NCBI GenBank assembly: GCA_035492215.1
Contig: DATJJJ010000057.1
Span: forward strand, 324-64,323
Direction of reading: 5' to 3'
From: Edaphobacter sp.
GTDB lineage: Bacteria; Acidobacteriota; Terriglobia; Terriglobales; Acidobacteriaceae
DNA length: 64,000 nt
Position numbers and translations under genes: made by a program. Positions within the stretch are counted from its first letter, which is position 1, and each line of letters opens with the position of its first letter. Under the pieces are notes generated by a model. It was not told where the DNA came from. It searched no databases and saw only the letters and a program-made list of their open reading frames with translations. Of this stretch, positions 37,671 through 47,865 are shown one piece after another.

Positions 37671-39044
37671 TTGTATTTGGGAAGATTTGAAGCAGAAGGA
37701 ACCCCTCAGCGGTCTACCAGATCTCGAGTGCAGTCTTGTATCCGGACTCTCTCCATTGTCGCCCTTTCGGCGGTCTCCCTGGGATCGATCGCAGGTTGCG
37801 GAAATACCTATCGCCCTGTGGTGAGCAGCATCAATCCTGTGGGGCCTGCAGAGCAACCCCGCAAGTTTGCCATTGTGATCTCAGACCCTGCGTATGGGGA
37901 TTCGACCTCAACGCTCCCGGGACTGGTGACGATCGTCGACTTTTCGGGCGACTCGGTTCTGGTGACGGCGAATCTGGGGGTTCACCCCTATTACCTGATG
38001 CTGAATGCGGCGGGAACGACCGGGTATACCCTGAACGGCGATCTGACGATGACGAGCTTCGATATCTCGGAGCAACTGCAGACCCGCGATGTGGTGCAGA
38101 CGACCCTGCTGAGCGGAGCGGATCCGACGACGATCTTCTCGGATGCGACAGCGTTGTTCGTAACGGCTCCCGGACACAATGCTGTGGCGCAGTTCAATGT
38201 GACGAATCCTCCGCCATCGTTGATTCAGGAACTTTCGATTCAGGATCCGACTTACACTCCGGTGTACATTGCAGGATTTTCGGGTGCTCCACGTGCTTAT
38301 GTGATGAGCCAGAACAATGGTGGCGGACCGGGCGAGGTGCGATCGATTGAAATGTCGAGCAGCACGCTGACCTCGCGAATTCCCGTAGGCGTGAACCCGG
38401 TCTATGGCGTGATGACTTCGGACGGCAGACGGGCCTTCATCATGAACAAGGGCGATGCAACCGTTTCGGTGATCAATGCGCAGATGAATCAACCGGATGC
38501 AGTGCCTTCGCCAGCGGTGAATCCGATTCCGGTGGGAACCCAGCCGATCTGGGCCGATCTGGCTCCTACGCGGAACGAGCTGGTGGTTGCGAATGAGGGT
38601 AACGGAACTTCGCCGGGTTCGGTGAGCATTATCAACATTCCGTTGTGCTCGGCTGCGGCGCTTCCAGGAAATCCGAACTGCGATCCCAACAATCCAATCG
38701 ATGCGAATGGATTCGGCCAGGTCCTGGCCACGGTTCCGGTCGGTGTCGATCCCCAGATGGTTGCGGTGTTGCAGGATGGCACGCGCGCGTATGTGGCGAA
38801 TCGAGCGGACAGCACGGTTTCGGTGGTGAACCTGACCACCAATACTGTGACGGCCACGATTCCGGTTCCGGCGACTGTTCACCCGAACTTCATTGCAGCG
38901 ATCAGCGGAACCCCAACCGGCAAGATTTATGTGACCTCGCCGGAGTCGGATCACATGACGATTATTCGTACGGATTCCGATACGGTGGAGACGACGATCC
39001 AGCTACAGGGCAAGGGTGTGATGGTCCGGACGCAGCAACCCTAA
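37671..39044 (+). CDS. YncE/YVTN beta-propeller lipoprotein
   Basis: Lipobox IAGC; repeated IPVG..P and AYVANRADSTVSVVNL blades; start uncertain. Confidence 0.85.
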   Translation: MYLGRFEAEGTPQRSTRSRVQSCIRTLSIVALSAVSLGSIAGCGNTYRPVVSSINPVGPAEQPRKFAIVISDPAYGDSTSTLPGLVTIVDFSGDSVLVTANLGVHPYYLMLNAAGTTGYTLNGDLTMTSFDISEQLQTRDVVQTTLLSGADPTTIFSDATALFVTAPGHNAVAQFNVTNPPPSLIQELSIQDPTYTPVYIAGFSGAPRAYVMSQNNGGGPGEVRSIEMSSSTLTSRIPVGVNPVYGVMTSDGRRAFIMNKGDATVSVINAQMNQPDAVPSPAVNPIPVGTQPIWADLAPTRNELVVANEGNGTSPGSVSIINIPLCSAAALPGNPNCDPNNPIDANGFGQVLATVPVGVDPQMVAVLQDGTRAYVANRADSTVSVVNLTTNTVTATIPVPATVHPNFIAAISGTPTGKIYVTSPESDHMTIIRTDSDTVETTIQLQGKGVMVRTQQP

Positions 39045-39074
39045 CTCTAAGGCCAAGCTAGCTGCCAGAGACGA

Positions 39075-40040
39075 TCAGTTTCCAGCAAGAACAATGGGAA
39101 GAGTGGGGGATTGCGATCCCCCTTCGTCCTCTATGGTGACTCCAAAGGCCTTGGCCTCTGTTGCCCTTGGCAGCGGAGGAAGGATGATGCTGGCGGCTTC
39201 CTGCGGATCAGGTCGGAAGGTTCCGGCTGGAATGGGATCACGACCATCGGCAGGGATCAGCCACAGCTCATAGATTCGAGAAGAGTCGAGCGGTTCCAGG
39301 TGATCGGCAAAAAAGATCAGAGAGCCGGTCGCTGCGCTGTAGATAATTCTTCCCTCCGGAGCGGGGTCTGGGGTGGCGCTGGAGGCCGGGGGAGAGAGAA
39401 GAACGTGCCGGGCGGATGTGGAGGTCATGGTGTCCAGAAGCCGCCTGGAGCCTGCAGCATCGTTCCTGAGACGATCGAGCTCCTTCGCCTGAAGCGAGAT
39501 GCTGGTGCGGTTGGCCTGGAGCTGCTGGTAGAGCTGCATTCCAGCAAAGGCGAGAGCGGCGGAGGCGATCCAGCCGAGACCCAGAACGATTTTGCCGAAG
39601 ATGCTGCCAGAGGAGCGTGGTTCCGCCACCTCTTCAAATTGAGGCCGGTTGCCGTTGTGCCTGCGGGTCGCCAAGTGGATTTCAGGTTCTTCAACGGCTG
39701 GAATGGGGTGCTGTGGCTCGATCTGTTCGGTGTGGGGCGATGGAGCTTTTCTGATCTCGCGCGCACTTGAAACCACAGTCTCAAGCGGAATGCTGACGGG
39801 GGCCTTCTTCTCCCGCGCGATGCGGTGAAGGACACGGTCGCGGACGACGGGGGCCGGAGCATGCATTTCGACGGTATGAATGTAAGCAGCGAGATCGCCC
39901 TGGAGGCGCGCCAGCTCCTGCCGGCAAAAGGCACAGGCGGCGACGTGGCCGGCAATCAGCCGGTATTCTTCCTCCGAAAGCAGCTGCATGGCGAAGAGAG
40001 CGAGGTCTCCTGCTTCGTAATGAAGGCTGGTGGCTGTCAT
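39075..40040 (-). CDS. Anti-sigma factor (RskA-like, zinc-binding ZAS motif)
   Basis: HVAACAFC (HxxxCxxC), single TM, YELWLI, AFGVTIEDEGGS..PT C-terminus. Confidence 0.9.
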   Translation of the reverse strand: MTATSLHYEAGDLALFAMQLLSEEEYRLIAGHVAACAFCRQELARLQGDLAAYIHTVEMHAPAPVVRDRVLHRIAREKKAPVSIPLETVVSSAREIRKAPSPHTEQIEPQHPIPAVEEPEIHLATRRHNGNRPQFEEVAEPRSSGSIFGKIVLGLGWIASAALAFAGMQLYQQLQANRTSISLQAKELDRLRNDAAGSRRLLDTMTSTSARHVLLSPPASSATPDPAPEGRIIYSAATGSLIFFADHLEPLDSSRIYELWLIPADGRDPIPAGTFRPDPQEAASIILPPLPRATEAKAFGVTIEDEGGSQSPTLPIVLAGN

Positions 40041-40585
40041 GCGAAGGCAGCCTTTCTGAGATCGAGCAGAGCATTTCGAATCTTCATGCGAACAAGCGAG
40101 GCTGTGTCCCCTGTGATCTCGGCGATCTCTGTGTGAGAAAGACCATCGAAGCAGGCCATCTCAAGGGCCTTTCGCTGATCGCGCGGGAGGCGGAATACTG
40201 CAGTGGATGTTCTATCGGCGAGGATGGAACGCTCCTCCTCGTTGGAGAGGTCGTAGATCGCGGCAAGAGAGATGTCGTTGACCGCGGGGGAAGACGGCCT
40301 GCGCAGAAGAGCGTCGATGGCCCGATTGCGCGCGATGAGGGCGAGATACGCTCCCGGGGTGCCGGTGGTCAGGAGGCTCTCCGGGGTGCGCCATACGTCG
40401 AGGAAGATCTCCTCGGCGATCTCTTCGGCAGCGGCGGCGTGATGCAGGACGCGAAGGGCGACCGAATAGACGATGGTAGCGTAGCGGTCGAAGAACGTGG
40501 CCATCGCGTTTTCGTCACCGCGCCGTATCCGCGTCAACAGCGCGGTATCGTCACAGACTTCGGGGAGAGCTTGGGCCAGTGCCAT
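40037..40585 (-). CDS. ECF sigma factor (SigK-like, divergent)
   Basis: DRY..VYSVALRVL, ARNRAID, LP.DQRKALE..FDGLSHTEIA; coupled to the anti-sigma gene. Confidence 0.85.
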   Translation of the reverse strand: MALAQALPEVCDDTALLTRIRRGDENAMATFFDRYATIVYSVALRVLHHAAAAEEIAEEIFLDVWRTPESLLTTGTPGAYLALIARNRAIDALLRRPSSPAVNDISLAAIYDLSNEEERSILADRTSTAVFRLPRDQRKALEMACFDGLSHTEIAEITGDTASLVRMKIRNALLDLRKAAFA

Positions 40586-40683
40586 GGTGTTCAGGGTTCC
40601 TGTGTGTAGTCACTCTAACGGATGATCAAGACGATGTACCTTAAACAAAAGTGGTGTTGTGCCGTTTTGGGAATTCCTTGGAT

Positions 40684-41448
40684 ATGAAGAATCGTCTGGA
40701 CAAACTGCTAGTGGATCAGGGCCATGCCGCTTCGCGGGAGCGGGCACAAGCACTCATTCTTGCGGGACGGGTGTTGGTGAATGAACAGAAGGTGGACAAG
40801 CCGGGAGCTGCAGTCGCTGAAGATGCTGTGATCCGGATGCTGGGATCGGATCTGAAGTATGTGAGCCGAGGTGGTCTGAAGCTGGAACATGCGTTGACGC
40901 ATTGGGGAATCTTGCTTGAGGGCGTGCATGCTGTCGACGTAGGCGCCTCGACCGGAGGATTTACCGATTGCATGTTGCAGGCGGGGGCTGCAACGGTGCT
41001 GGCGGTGGATACGGGATATGGGCAAATTGCGCAGAAGCTGCGGGATGATGCGCGTGTGACTCTTCTGGAGAGAACGAATGCGCGGAAGCTATCGCAGGGT
41101 GAGTTGTTGATGGCAGGAGGGCATGCGCCGGGGTTTCTGGCGATGGATGTCTCTTTTATTTCGGCGACGTTGGTATTGCCTGCCGTGATCGATGCGTTGA
41201 GCGCAGAGGGCGAGCGGTGGAAGGGAACGGCGGTAGTGCTGATCAAGCCTCAGTTTGAGGCTGGGCGTCAGAATGTGGGCAAAGGAGGGATTGTGCGCGA
41301 TCCTGAGGCTCGCAAGATGGCCATCGAACGGGTTGAGGACTGTGTGCTGGAGCTTGGGGGATCGCATCTGGAAGTGATTGATTCTCCGATTCAGGGTATG
41401 GAAGGGAATCACGAATATCTGCTTCGCGCGGTGTTCGGCGATGCCTGA
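40684..41448 (+). CDS. tlyA: TlyA-family rRNA methyltransferase
   Basis: S4 domain RLDKLL, YVSRGGLKL, DVGASTGGFTD, DVSFIS, IKPQFE motifs. Confidence 0.95.
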   Translation: MKNRLDKLLVDQGHAASRERAQALILAGRVLVNEQKVDKPGAAVAEDAVIRMLGSDLKYVSRGGLKLEHALTHWGILLEGVHAVDVGASTGGFTDCMLQAGAATVLAVDTGYGQIAQKLRDDARVTLLERTNARKLSQGELLMAGGHAPGFLAMDVSFISATLVLPAVIDALSAEGERWKGTAVVLIKPQFEAGRQNVGKGGIVRDPEARKMAIERVEDCVLELGGSHLEVIDSPIQGMEGNHEYLLRAVFGDA

Positions 41449-41481
41449 TGGGCGGGGAAGAGCCGTACACTAGATAGACCC

Positions 41482-42342
41482 ATGTTCAAAGCAGCAATTA
41501 TCTCGAAGCCACAGAAGCCGGAGCTTACAACGATTTTGCCGGAGCTGATCTCCTGGCTGAAGGCGCGCGATTACACGCCCCTGCTCGATCCTCACAGCTC
41601 GGCGTATCTGGGAGAGTTAACCTCATCGATTCCGCGTGAAGAGCTGCCGGAGCATAAGCCGAACCTGGTGATTGTGTTGGGCGGCGATGGAACGTTGCTG
41701 GCAGCGGCACGAGCCTTTGCGCACTCGCCGACGCCGATTTTAGGAGTGAATCTTGGGTCGCTGGGATTTCTGACGGAGATTCCGCTATCGGAGCTTTATA
41801 GCTCACTTGAGGCGTGGTGCGATAACTGCTCCAGCATCGAGATTCGCGACATGATGCATACGGAGGTGCTTCGCGACGGCAAAGTCGTAAGGCACTGGGA
41901 TGCGCTGAACGACATTGTTGTCTCGAAGGGCGCGATTGCGCGCATGTCGGAGTTTTCCGTAGAGATTGATCAGCAGTTGGTGGCTACGATGCGAGCGGAT
42001 GGAATTATCGTCGCAACGCCAACAGGCTCAACCGCCTACAATCTGGCAGCGAACGGACCGATTGTGATGCCTTCGGTGAGTGCGCTGGTGGTGACTCCGA
42101 TCTGTCCGCACCTGCTGACGATCCGGCCGATCGTGGTGCCTGGGGATGCATCGGTGACGATTCACGTAGAGGGCGTGCCGAATCTGACCTACCTGACGGT
42201 GGATGGTCAGGAGGCCTTTGAGCTACAGATGAACGATGAGGTGAGGTGCTGCAGATCCGATCACAGTGTGCGTCTGTTGCGGCCGAGGAAGAACGGGTTG
42301 TTCAGCGTGCTTCGCAGCAAGCTGAGCTGGGGTGAGCGATAG
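41482..42342 (+). CDS. nadK: NAD kinase
   Basis: GGDGT, GSLGFL, LND, DGIIVATPTGSTAY, PICPH motifs. Confidence 0.96.
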   Translation: MFKAAIISKPQKPELTTILPELISWLKARDYTPLLDPHSSAYLGELTSSIPREELPEHKPNLVIVLGGDGTLLAAARAFAHSPTPILGVNLGSLGFLTEIPLSELYSSLEAWCDNCSSIEIRDMMHTEVLRDGKVVRHWDALNDIVVSKGAIARMSEFSVEIDQQLVATMRADGIIVATPTGSTAYNLAANGPIVMPSVSALVVTPICPHLLTIRPIVVPGDASVTIHVEGVPNLTYLTVDGQEAFELQMNDEVRCCRSDHSVRLLRPRKNGLFSVLRSKLSWGER

Positions 42343-42343
42343 C

Positions 42344-43264
42344 TTAGCGGCGTAGCGAGATGGATTCGATCTGGTGATCGGAGCTTTTGTGCAGGATGAG
42401 GTCGGCGCGCTGGCGCGTGGGCTGAATATTTTCGATCAGGTTGGGGAGATTGATCTCGCGCCAGATGTTCTGTGCGGTTTCAACGGCTTCGCCCGGCGCT
42501 AATGTGCGGTAACGGTAAAAGTAAGAAGATGGGTTCTGGAAGGCGGTCTGCTGCAGGGCGAGGAAGCGCTCGACATACCAGTTTTCGAGGTCGCTTTTGT
42601 CGGCTTCGAGAAAGATGGAGAAGTCGAAGTAGTCCGAGGCGATGACCGTGGCTTTTGGTGGTGTTTGAAGGACGTTGAGGCCTTCGAAGATGAGGATATC
42701 GGGCTGATTGATGGCCTGTTGCTTGTCGGGAATGATGTCGTAGCTAAGGTGCGAGTAGACGGGCGCCTGGATGATGTCTTCGCCTGACTTGACCGCATGC
42801 AGAAAGCTGAGCAAACGGGGGAGATCGTAGCTTTCAGGGAAGCCTTTTCTGCGCATCAGGTTTTTCTGCTCGAGCACGGCATTGGGGTAGAGAAAGCCGT
42901 CGGTGGTGATGAGCGCGGTGTTGGGCTGACCGGGCCATCGCGAGAGAAGCGCCTGCAGGGTACGGGCGAAGGTGCTCTTGCCGACAGCGACGCTGCCTCC
43001 GATAGCGATGACGAAGGGGGAGCGCTCGTTTTCGCGATTGAGGAAGGCGTTCTGGGCAAGGAGAAACTCTCGTGAGGCTTCGAAACGAAGCTCAAGGAGG
43101 CGGGAGAGCGGGAGATACATCTTCGCGACTTCAGCGAGAGAGAGACGGTCGCATAAGCCTCGCAGGGACGCGATGTCCTGATCGGTGAGGGGAAGAGGCG
43201 TGTCGGGGTGAAGTGCGGCCCACTCTTCGCGGGTGAAATGTCGGAACGGGCTGGAGAGGGTCAT
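42344..43264 (-). CDS. coaA: Type I pantothenate kinase
   Basis: [45 protein letters not shown] motifs. Confidence 0.96.
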   Translation of the reverse strand: MTLSSPFRHFTREEWAALHPDTPLPLTDQDIASLRGLCDRLSLAEVAKMYLPLSRLLELRFEASREFLLAQNAFLNRENERSPFVIAIGGSVAVGKSTFARTLQALLSRWPGQPNTALITTDGFLYPNAVLEQKNLMRRKGFPESYDLPRLLSFLHAVKSGEDIIQAPVYSHLSYDIIPDKQQAINQPDILIFEGLNVLQTPPKATVIASDYFDFSIFLEADKSDLENWYVERFLALQQTAFQNPSSYFYRYRTLAPGEAVETAQNIWREINLPNLIENIQPTRQRADLILHKSSDHQIESISLRR

Positions 43265-43284
43265 GTCGAAGAGTGGCCGTGATT

Positions 43285-44040
43285 TTATTTTCGCAGAGAG
43301 ATAACCGGGCCACCGCCGACGGGATGACAAAAGACCTTGCCGTGGCTGAGCGCGATCTTACGCTGGGCGAGTGCGGCCATCTCAGGATCGTGAGTGACCA
43401 TGACGATGGTGTGGCCCTGAGAGTGGAGTCCCTGAAGGAGCTCGACAACGATCTTCTGATTGGCGGCATCGAGGTTTCCGGTGGGCTCGTCGGCGAGGAG
43501 GATGGGCGGATTGTTGATGAGTGCGCGCGCGATGCAGACGCGCTGCTGCTCGCCGCCGGAGAGCTCGCTGGGAAGATGCTCGGCGCGATGACCGAGACCG
43601 ACGCGCTCAAGGGCAAGACGAGCCTCTTTCTCATCGGTCATGGAATGAAAGTATTGCGCGAGCATTACGTTCTCAAGCGCTGAAAGATAAGGGATTAGAT
43701 GGAACTGCTGAAAGATAAAACCAATCTTGTCGGCGCGGAAGCGGTCGAGCTCAGTAGGTGACATCGTACAGACGTCGACGCCGTCGATATGGAGCTGGCC
43801 GTCGGTGGGATGGTCGAGGCAGCCGATGAGATTGACTAAGGTGCTTTTGCCGGAGCCAGAGGGGCCGGTGATGGCGACCCATTCGCCTGCGACGATAGCG
43901 AAGGAGGCGTGGTCGAGGGCGCGCACGACACCGGCGTGACCAACATATTCGCGTGTGACGCCGTTGAGAGCGATGACCGCGCAATCGGGGCGCGTCTCCA
44001 GATCGACCAGGTTATCCATTGCCAGACTCTTTTTTATCAC
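43285..44040 (-). CDS. ABC transporter ATP-binding protein (LolD/MacB-type)
   Basis: [32 protein letters not shown] motifs. Confidence 0.93.
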   Translation of the reverse strand: MIKKSLAMDNLVDLETRPDCAVIALNGVTREYVGHAGVVRALDHASFAIVAGEWVAITGPSGSGKSTLVNLIGCLDHPTDGQLHIDGVDVCTMSPTELDRFRADKIGFIFQQFHLIPYLSALENVMLAQYFHSMTDEKEARLALERVGLGHRAEHLPSELSGGEQQRVCIARALINNPPILLADEPTGNLDAANQKIVVELLQGLHSQGHTIVMVTHDPEMAALAQRKIALSHGKVFCHPVGGGPVISLRK

Positions 44041-44045
44041 TTTCG

Positions 44046-45155
44046 CTACTCTCCCTTGAGGAGTGCGGCGGGCTCGAGAGTGCGGAGCACGCGCACGGGG
44101 AAGAGAGCGGCGAGAGCTGCGATGAGGATGTTCAGCAGAAGGACGATCGGCAGAACCCCGAGATGCGGCAGGGTTGCCGTGTGGAAGTTGAGCTGACTGA
44201 TGGCCCAGGCCGCGGCGGAGCCAAGAAGATACCCTGCGGCTACTCCGCCGAGCGCGAGGATGAGCGCCTCAAGAAGGAACATGGCCATGAGGCTGGATTG
44301 GGAGCCGCCGAGGGCTTTCATGAGGGCGAAGTCGCGGCGGCGCTCGAGCACGCTGGCTGAGAGCGTCGCTAATACGCTGACAGCGACGGTGAGGGCGATG
44401 AGCAGAACGGCTCCGTACATGAGGGCGTGGGTCTTATCGACGATGCGGCTTTCGCCTTCGACGAGCTGACGGACGGGTTGTACTTTGACGGTGGGAAGCG
44501 CCTGCTGAAGCCGGGCGATAGCAGCCTCTATTTGCGCGGAGCTGCCGGGGATCTGGACTTCGATGACGCTGGGCTGCGCGCCGGTCCAGGCGGTGAGGGC
44601 GGCAAGGGGTAGGTAGATGCGGCTGTCTTCGTCGCCGCCGGTGCGGAGACGTCCTGCGCCATGAAGGGTGATGGGATGTCCGTCGAAGGTGAGCTGGACG
44701 TTGTGCTCGTCGGCGACGAACTGTGCGGCGCGCTGGCCGAGGAGAGCGGCATTGGTGTCGGTGGGAGAGGGCCAGGCGTCGACCTGCCACCAGGAGTCGA
44801 GTTTGCGTACGGCGGCGAAGTCGGTTCCGGAGACGACGACGGGGGTTCCGCGATCGGTGGTGGCGACGGCGTAGGCGAACTCAGCGGTCTGGGCGTCGGA
44901 ACCTGCAGCTTCGCGAACACGAGAGAGGACATCGGCTGGAAGCGGCTTGCCGTTTTCAGGAGCAGTGATGACGATGTTGGCGCCGAAGGCGCGGAACTCG
45001 TGGTGCAGCTTGGCGTCGAGGTCGGCGTAGAGGGTGAGGAGCGCTGTTGCGACCGCGGCGGAGACGGTAAGGGCGATGAGGGCAGAGAGGCTTCGCGCTC
45101 GCCGGTGGACGAGAGAGCGGCGAAGGATAGCGCTCATGCTGAGAGTACGGCTCAT
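44046..45155 (-). CDS. ABC transporter permease (FtsX/MacB-type)
   Basis: FGANIVI, VLERRRDFALMKALG, EPAALLKGE; ATGA coupling at 45152-55. Confidence 0.9.
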   Translation of the reverse strand: MSRTLSMSAILRRSLVHRRARSLSALIALTVSAAVATALLTLYADLDAKLHHEFRAFGANIVITAPENGKPLPADVLSRVREAAGSDAQTAEFAYAVATTDRGTPVVVSGTDFAAVRKLDSWWQVDAWPSPTDTNAALLGQRAAQFVADEHNVQLTFDGHPITLHGAGRLRTGGDEDSRIYLPLAALTAWTGAQPSVIEVQIPGSSAQIEAAIARLQQALPTVKVQPVRQLVEGESRIVDKTHALMYGAVLLIALTVAVSVLATLSASVLERRRDFALMKALGGSQSSLMAMFLLEALILALGGVAAGYLLGSAAAWAISQLNFHTATLPHLGVLPIVLLLNILIAALAALFPVRVLRTLEPAALLKGE

Positions 45156-46450
45156 ACGCTGGCTCGCAGAATGGTGGAGGGATCGGTGGTCAGAGCGCGC
45201 CGAATCGATGGCGTGCTGCCTGCGAGTGCGACGAGCAGAGCAAGCGTGACCACGACGGGGAAGAGCACGGGGATGAGTACTGAGCCTGAGGCGGCTCCGT
45301 CGGAGAAGATGCGGGAGCCAAGCCACGCAGCGAGGCCTGAACCGGCGAAGTATCCGAGGCCACCGGCGAAGATGGCGAGCAGGCCAGTCTCGGTGTAGAA
45401 GAGCAGGGCGACGGAGGTCTTGCTGGCTCCGAGGGAGCGCATGAGACCGATCTCGGCCTGGCGCTCGAGGATGGCGGTGGCCATGGCGGCGCTAACGGCG
45501 AAGCCTGCGGCGAGCAGGGCTGCGGCGCTGATGAGCCACATGAGTCCGCTGATGCGCTTGAGCACGGTGCCTTCACTCTGCTCGACGCGGCGGACTTGTT
45601 CGGCGCGGGAGCCGGGGATAGCTTCGCGGATCTGGTAGGCGATGGAGTTGGCGTAAGGCCGGCAGTACCAGATCTCACGCATCTTGGGCGAGAGGGTGTC
45701 GGGGTCTTTGCGGGCGAAGGCGTCCTCGGGCTTGGTGCGGGCGGAGACTTCGACGCGACGGACAGCGCCGGGAGTTCCGGCGATCTGCTGGGCAGCGTTC
45801 AGAGGGAGGAAGATCTGCTGGTCGGAGGCATCGCCGGTGGAGACGATGCCGGTGATGTGCAGAGTACTGGAACCGGTCTGGAGGGTGTCTCCTGCCTTGA
45901 GGCTGAGGCGGGAAGCAAGCGCGGAGCCGAGAGCGGCTTCGGCGTTTTGGGGCGTGGTCGCCTGTTCGCGAGGCCAGGCTCCGTTGATTTTCCACCAGGG
46001 ATGGAGCAAGACTGCGCCGGTCTTGAGGGGCGTGCCTCCACCGCTGCTGAGTGGGTGATCGAACCAGAGGCCGGTTGCTGTTGCATCGATGTCTGCTCCG
46101 GAGGCAGTTTTACCGGTGATGTGGAGGGGGAGCTCAGGGCTGACCCCTGTGATGTTGTTCGCCCAGAAGATGCCGCGAAGTTTCGCGAGGTCGCTTTCGT
46201 GCAGGTAGGCTCCGCCGGAGACCGGCTTTACATCGATGCCGCCTACTTTGACTTCAAGCTGATCGGCTGCAGGGTGGACGACAATATTGGCGCCGTAGGC
46301 AGAGAGCTCGTTATGGATGCGGTCGCCGATGGTGGTGGCGAGAGCAAGCATAGCCGTGACAGCGGTGGTGCCGAGCAGGATGGCAAGGCCAGCCAGTAGC
46401 TTGCGGCGGCGCTGGCGGCGAAAGCTCTCCATCAAAAGGCGGAAGAACAT
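45152..46450 (-). CDS. ABC transporter permease (FtsX/MacB-type, Fet-system-like)
   Basis: YGANIVV, WYCRPYANSIAYQI, LERQAEIGLMRSLGA. Confidence 0.9.
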   Translation of the reverse strand: MFFRLLMESFRRQRRRKLLAGLAILLGTTAVTAMLALATTIGDRIHNELSAYGANIVVHPAADQLEVKVGGIDVKPVSGGAYLHESDLAKLRGIFWANNITGVSPELPLHITGKTASGADIDATATGLWFDHPLSSGGGTPLKTGAVLLHPWWKINGAWPREQATTPQNAEAALGSALASRLSLKAGDTLQTGSSTLHITGIVSTGDASDQQIFLPLNAAQQIAGTPGAVRRVEVSARTKPEDAFARKDPDTLSPKMREIWYCRPYANSIAYQIREAIPGSRAEQVRRVEQSEGTVLKRISGLMWLISAAALLAAGFAVSAAMATAILERQAEIGLMRSLGASKTSVALLFYTETGLLAIFAGGLGYFAGSGLAAWLGSRIFSDGAASGSVLIPVLFPVVVTLALLVALAGSTPSIRRALTTDPSTILRASV

Positions 46451-46460
46451 GGCTCGACTC

Positions 46461-47735
46461 CTAACGATCGAAGACGGAGACCAGCGTCTTGAGGTCGGCG
46501 GCCTGAATGATGACCTGCCCGCCGGAGATGCTGCTCTTGAGAGGGATGGGGTTGCAGCCGCCGGGCTGCCCCATGGAGGCAGGGTTCAGCGGGGAGCCGC
46601 ACATCTTGCAGGTGATTCCCTGGTCGCCGATGAAGAAACCGACCGGACCGCAGATGCGACAGGCATCACCGACGGAGATGATGTTGCCGTCGGGCTTTCG
46701 GTAAAGGAGAAAGCGCACCTCGACGTTGCCGCCTTTGCCGTTGTCCATGTTGACGCCGTAGCGGTGAAGCTGGTCGTCGGTGATCTGTGAGGTTGGGACG
46801 GTGACCTGACTGCCGACGAGGGTGACGGCAGAGGTAGGGGAGAGAGCGGTGGAGCTCTTGGCGTAGATGAACTCGGCGGTGGAGAGGAAGATGAAGAGGA
46901 AGCTGGTGGCGACGACGGCGTTCATCCACATCTTTTCGCGGCGCTGGCTCCACTCGGCGCGACGCTTGTCGGCGGGCGTAGCGTTGGCGGCGAGCGTGAC
47001 GGGGGCGCGGCGACGGTACTCCATGAGGATCATGAGGCCGGCGAGAGCCAGCATGGTGACGAAGAAGAAGAGGTCGTTGCGGACGATGGGGCCGATGAGG
47101 CGCATCTCGGTCTGGCTGGAGGGCAGGACGCCGTTTTCGCTGAGTTCGTGAAGTCCGCTGATGACGAGCTGAAAGGCGACGAAGTAGAGGATGACCGTGG
47201 TGACACGGAAGAAGCGTTGCAGATTGATTTTGACGCTACCGCGAATGAAGAGCACCCCGAAGACGACTGCGACCGCGATACCGAGCAGGGTTCCGGTGAA
47301 GCTGAGCAGTTCGGTGGAGTTGAGAGTGACGGCAGAGAGGATGAGGACGGTCTCTACGCCTTCGCGAAGGACGAGGAGGAAGACGAAGAAGAAGAGGCCG
47401 ATTTTAGAGACGCCGGAGTCGGAGGTGTATTGGGCGACCTTCTGTTCGATGTCACCGCGCATGGATCGCGCGGCGCGATGCATGAACCAGATCATGGTGA
47501 TGACGAAGAAGGCAGCGGCTAGCATGACCCAGCCTTCGAAGATGTCGCTGTTGATCTGCATCCGGGCGACGATGACAGCTCCGGCGACACTGGCGGCGAT
47601 GGCGGCTCCGAGCGCCCAGAAGACGGTGCGCTTTAGCTCGGAACGGCCGATCTTGGTGAGATAGGCGAAGACGATTCCGACAATCAGCGAAGCCTCAACG
47701 CCTTCGCGGAGAGTAATGATAAAAGCCTGCAACAT
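46461..47735 (-). CDS. FTR1 iron permease fused to a DUF2318 Cys-rich (Fe-S) domain
   Basis: Two REGVE (RExxE) motifs in the TM domain; C-terminal DACRICG, CKMCG, GGCNPIP. Confidence 0.88.
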   Translation of the reverse strand: MLQAFIITLREGVEASLIVGIVFAYLTKIGRSELKRTVFWALGAAIAASVAGAVIVARMQINSDIFEGWVMLAAAFFVITMIWFMHRAARSMRGDIEQKVAQYTSDSGVSKIGLFFFVFLLVLREGVETVLILSAVTLNSTELLSFTGTLLGIAVAVVFGVLFIRGSVKINLQRFFRVTTVILYFVAFQLVISGLHELSENGVLPSSQTEMRLIGPIVRNDLFFFVTMLALAGLMILMEYRRRAPVTLAANATPADKRRAEWSQRREKMWMNAVVATSFLFIFLSTAEFIYAKSSTALSPTSAVTLVGSQVTVPTSQITDDQLHRYGVNMDNGKGGNVEVRFLLYRKPDGNIISVGDACRICGPVGFFIGDQGITCKMCGSPLNPASMGQPGGCNPIPLKSSISGGQVIIQAADLKTLVSVFDR

Positions 47736-47836
47736 AAGGTGGTTCTCTCTCCATCCAATGGGCTCACCGCGAAGCTCTGATGCGAACCCTGCCCGATTCC
47801 GCAAGCGACTGGAACGACTCGCTCAACTCAACTTCC

Positions 47837-47865
47837 AGTCTAAAGAGGACCAAATTGGTCGTCAA
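47837..47865 (-). promoter_or_regulatory. Sigma70 promoter of the FTR1-ABC operon with a palindrome in its spacer
   Basis: TTGACG-17nt-TAGACT on the minus strand; GACCAA-N-TTGGTC at 47848-60. Confidence 0.65.
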
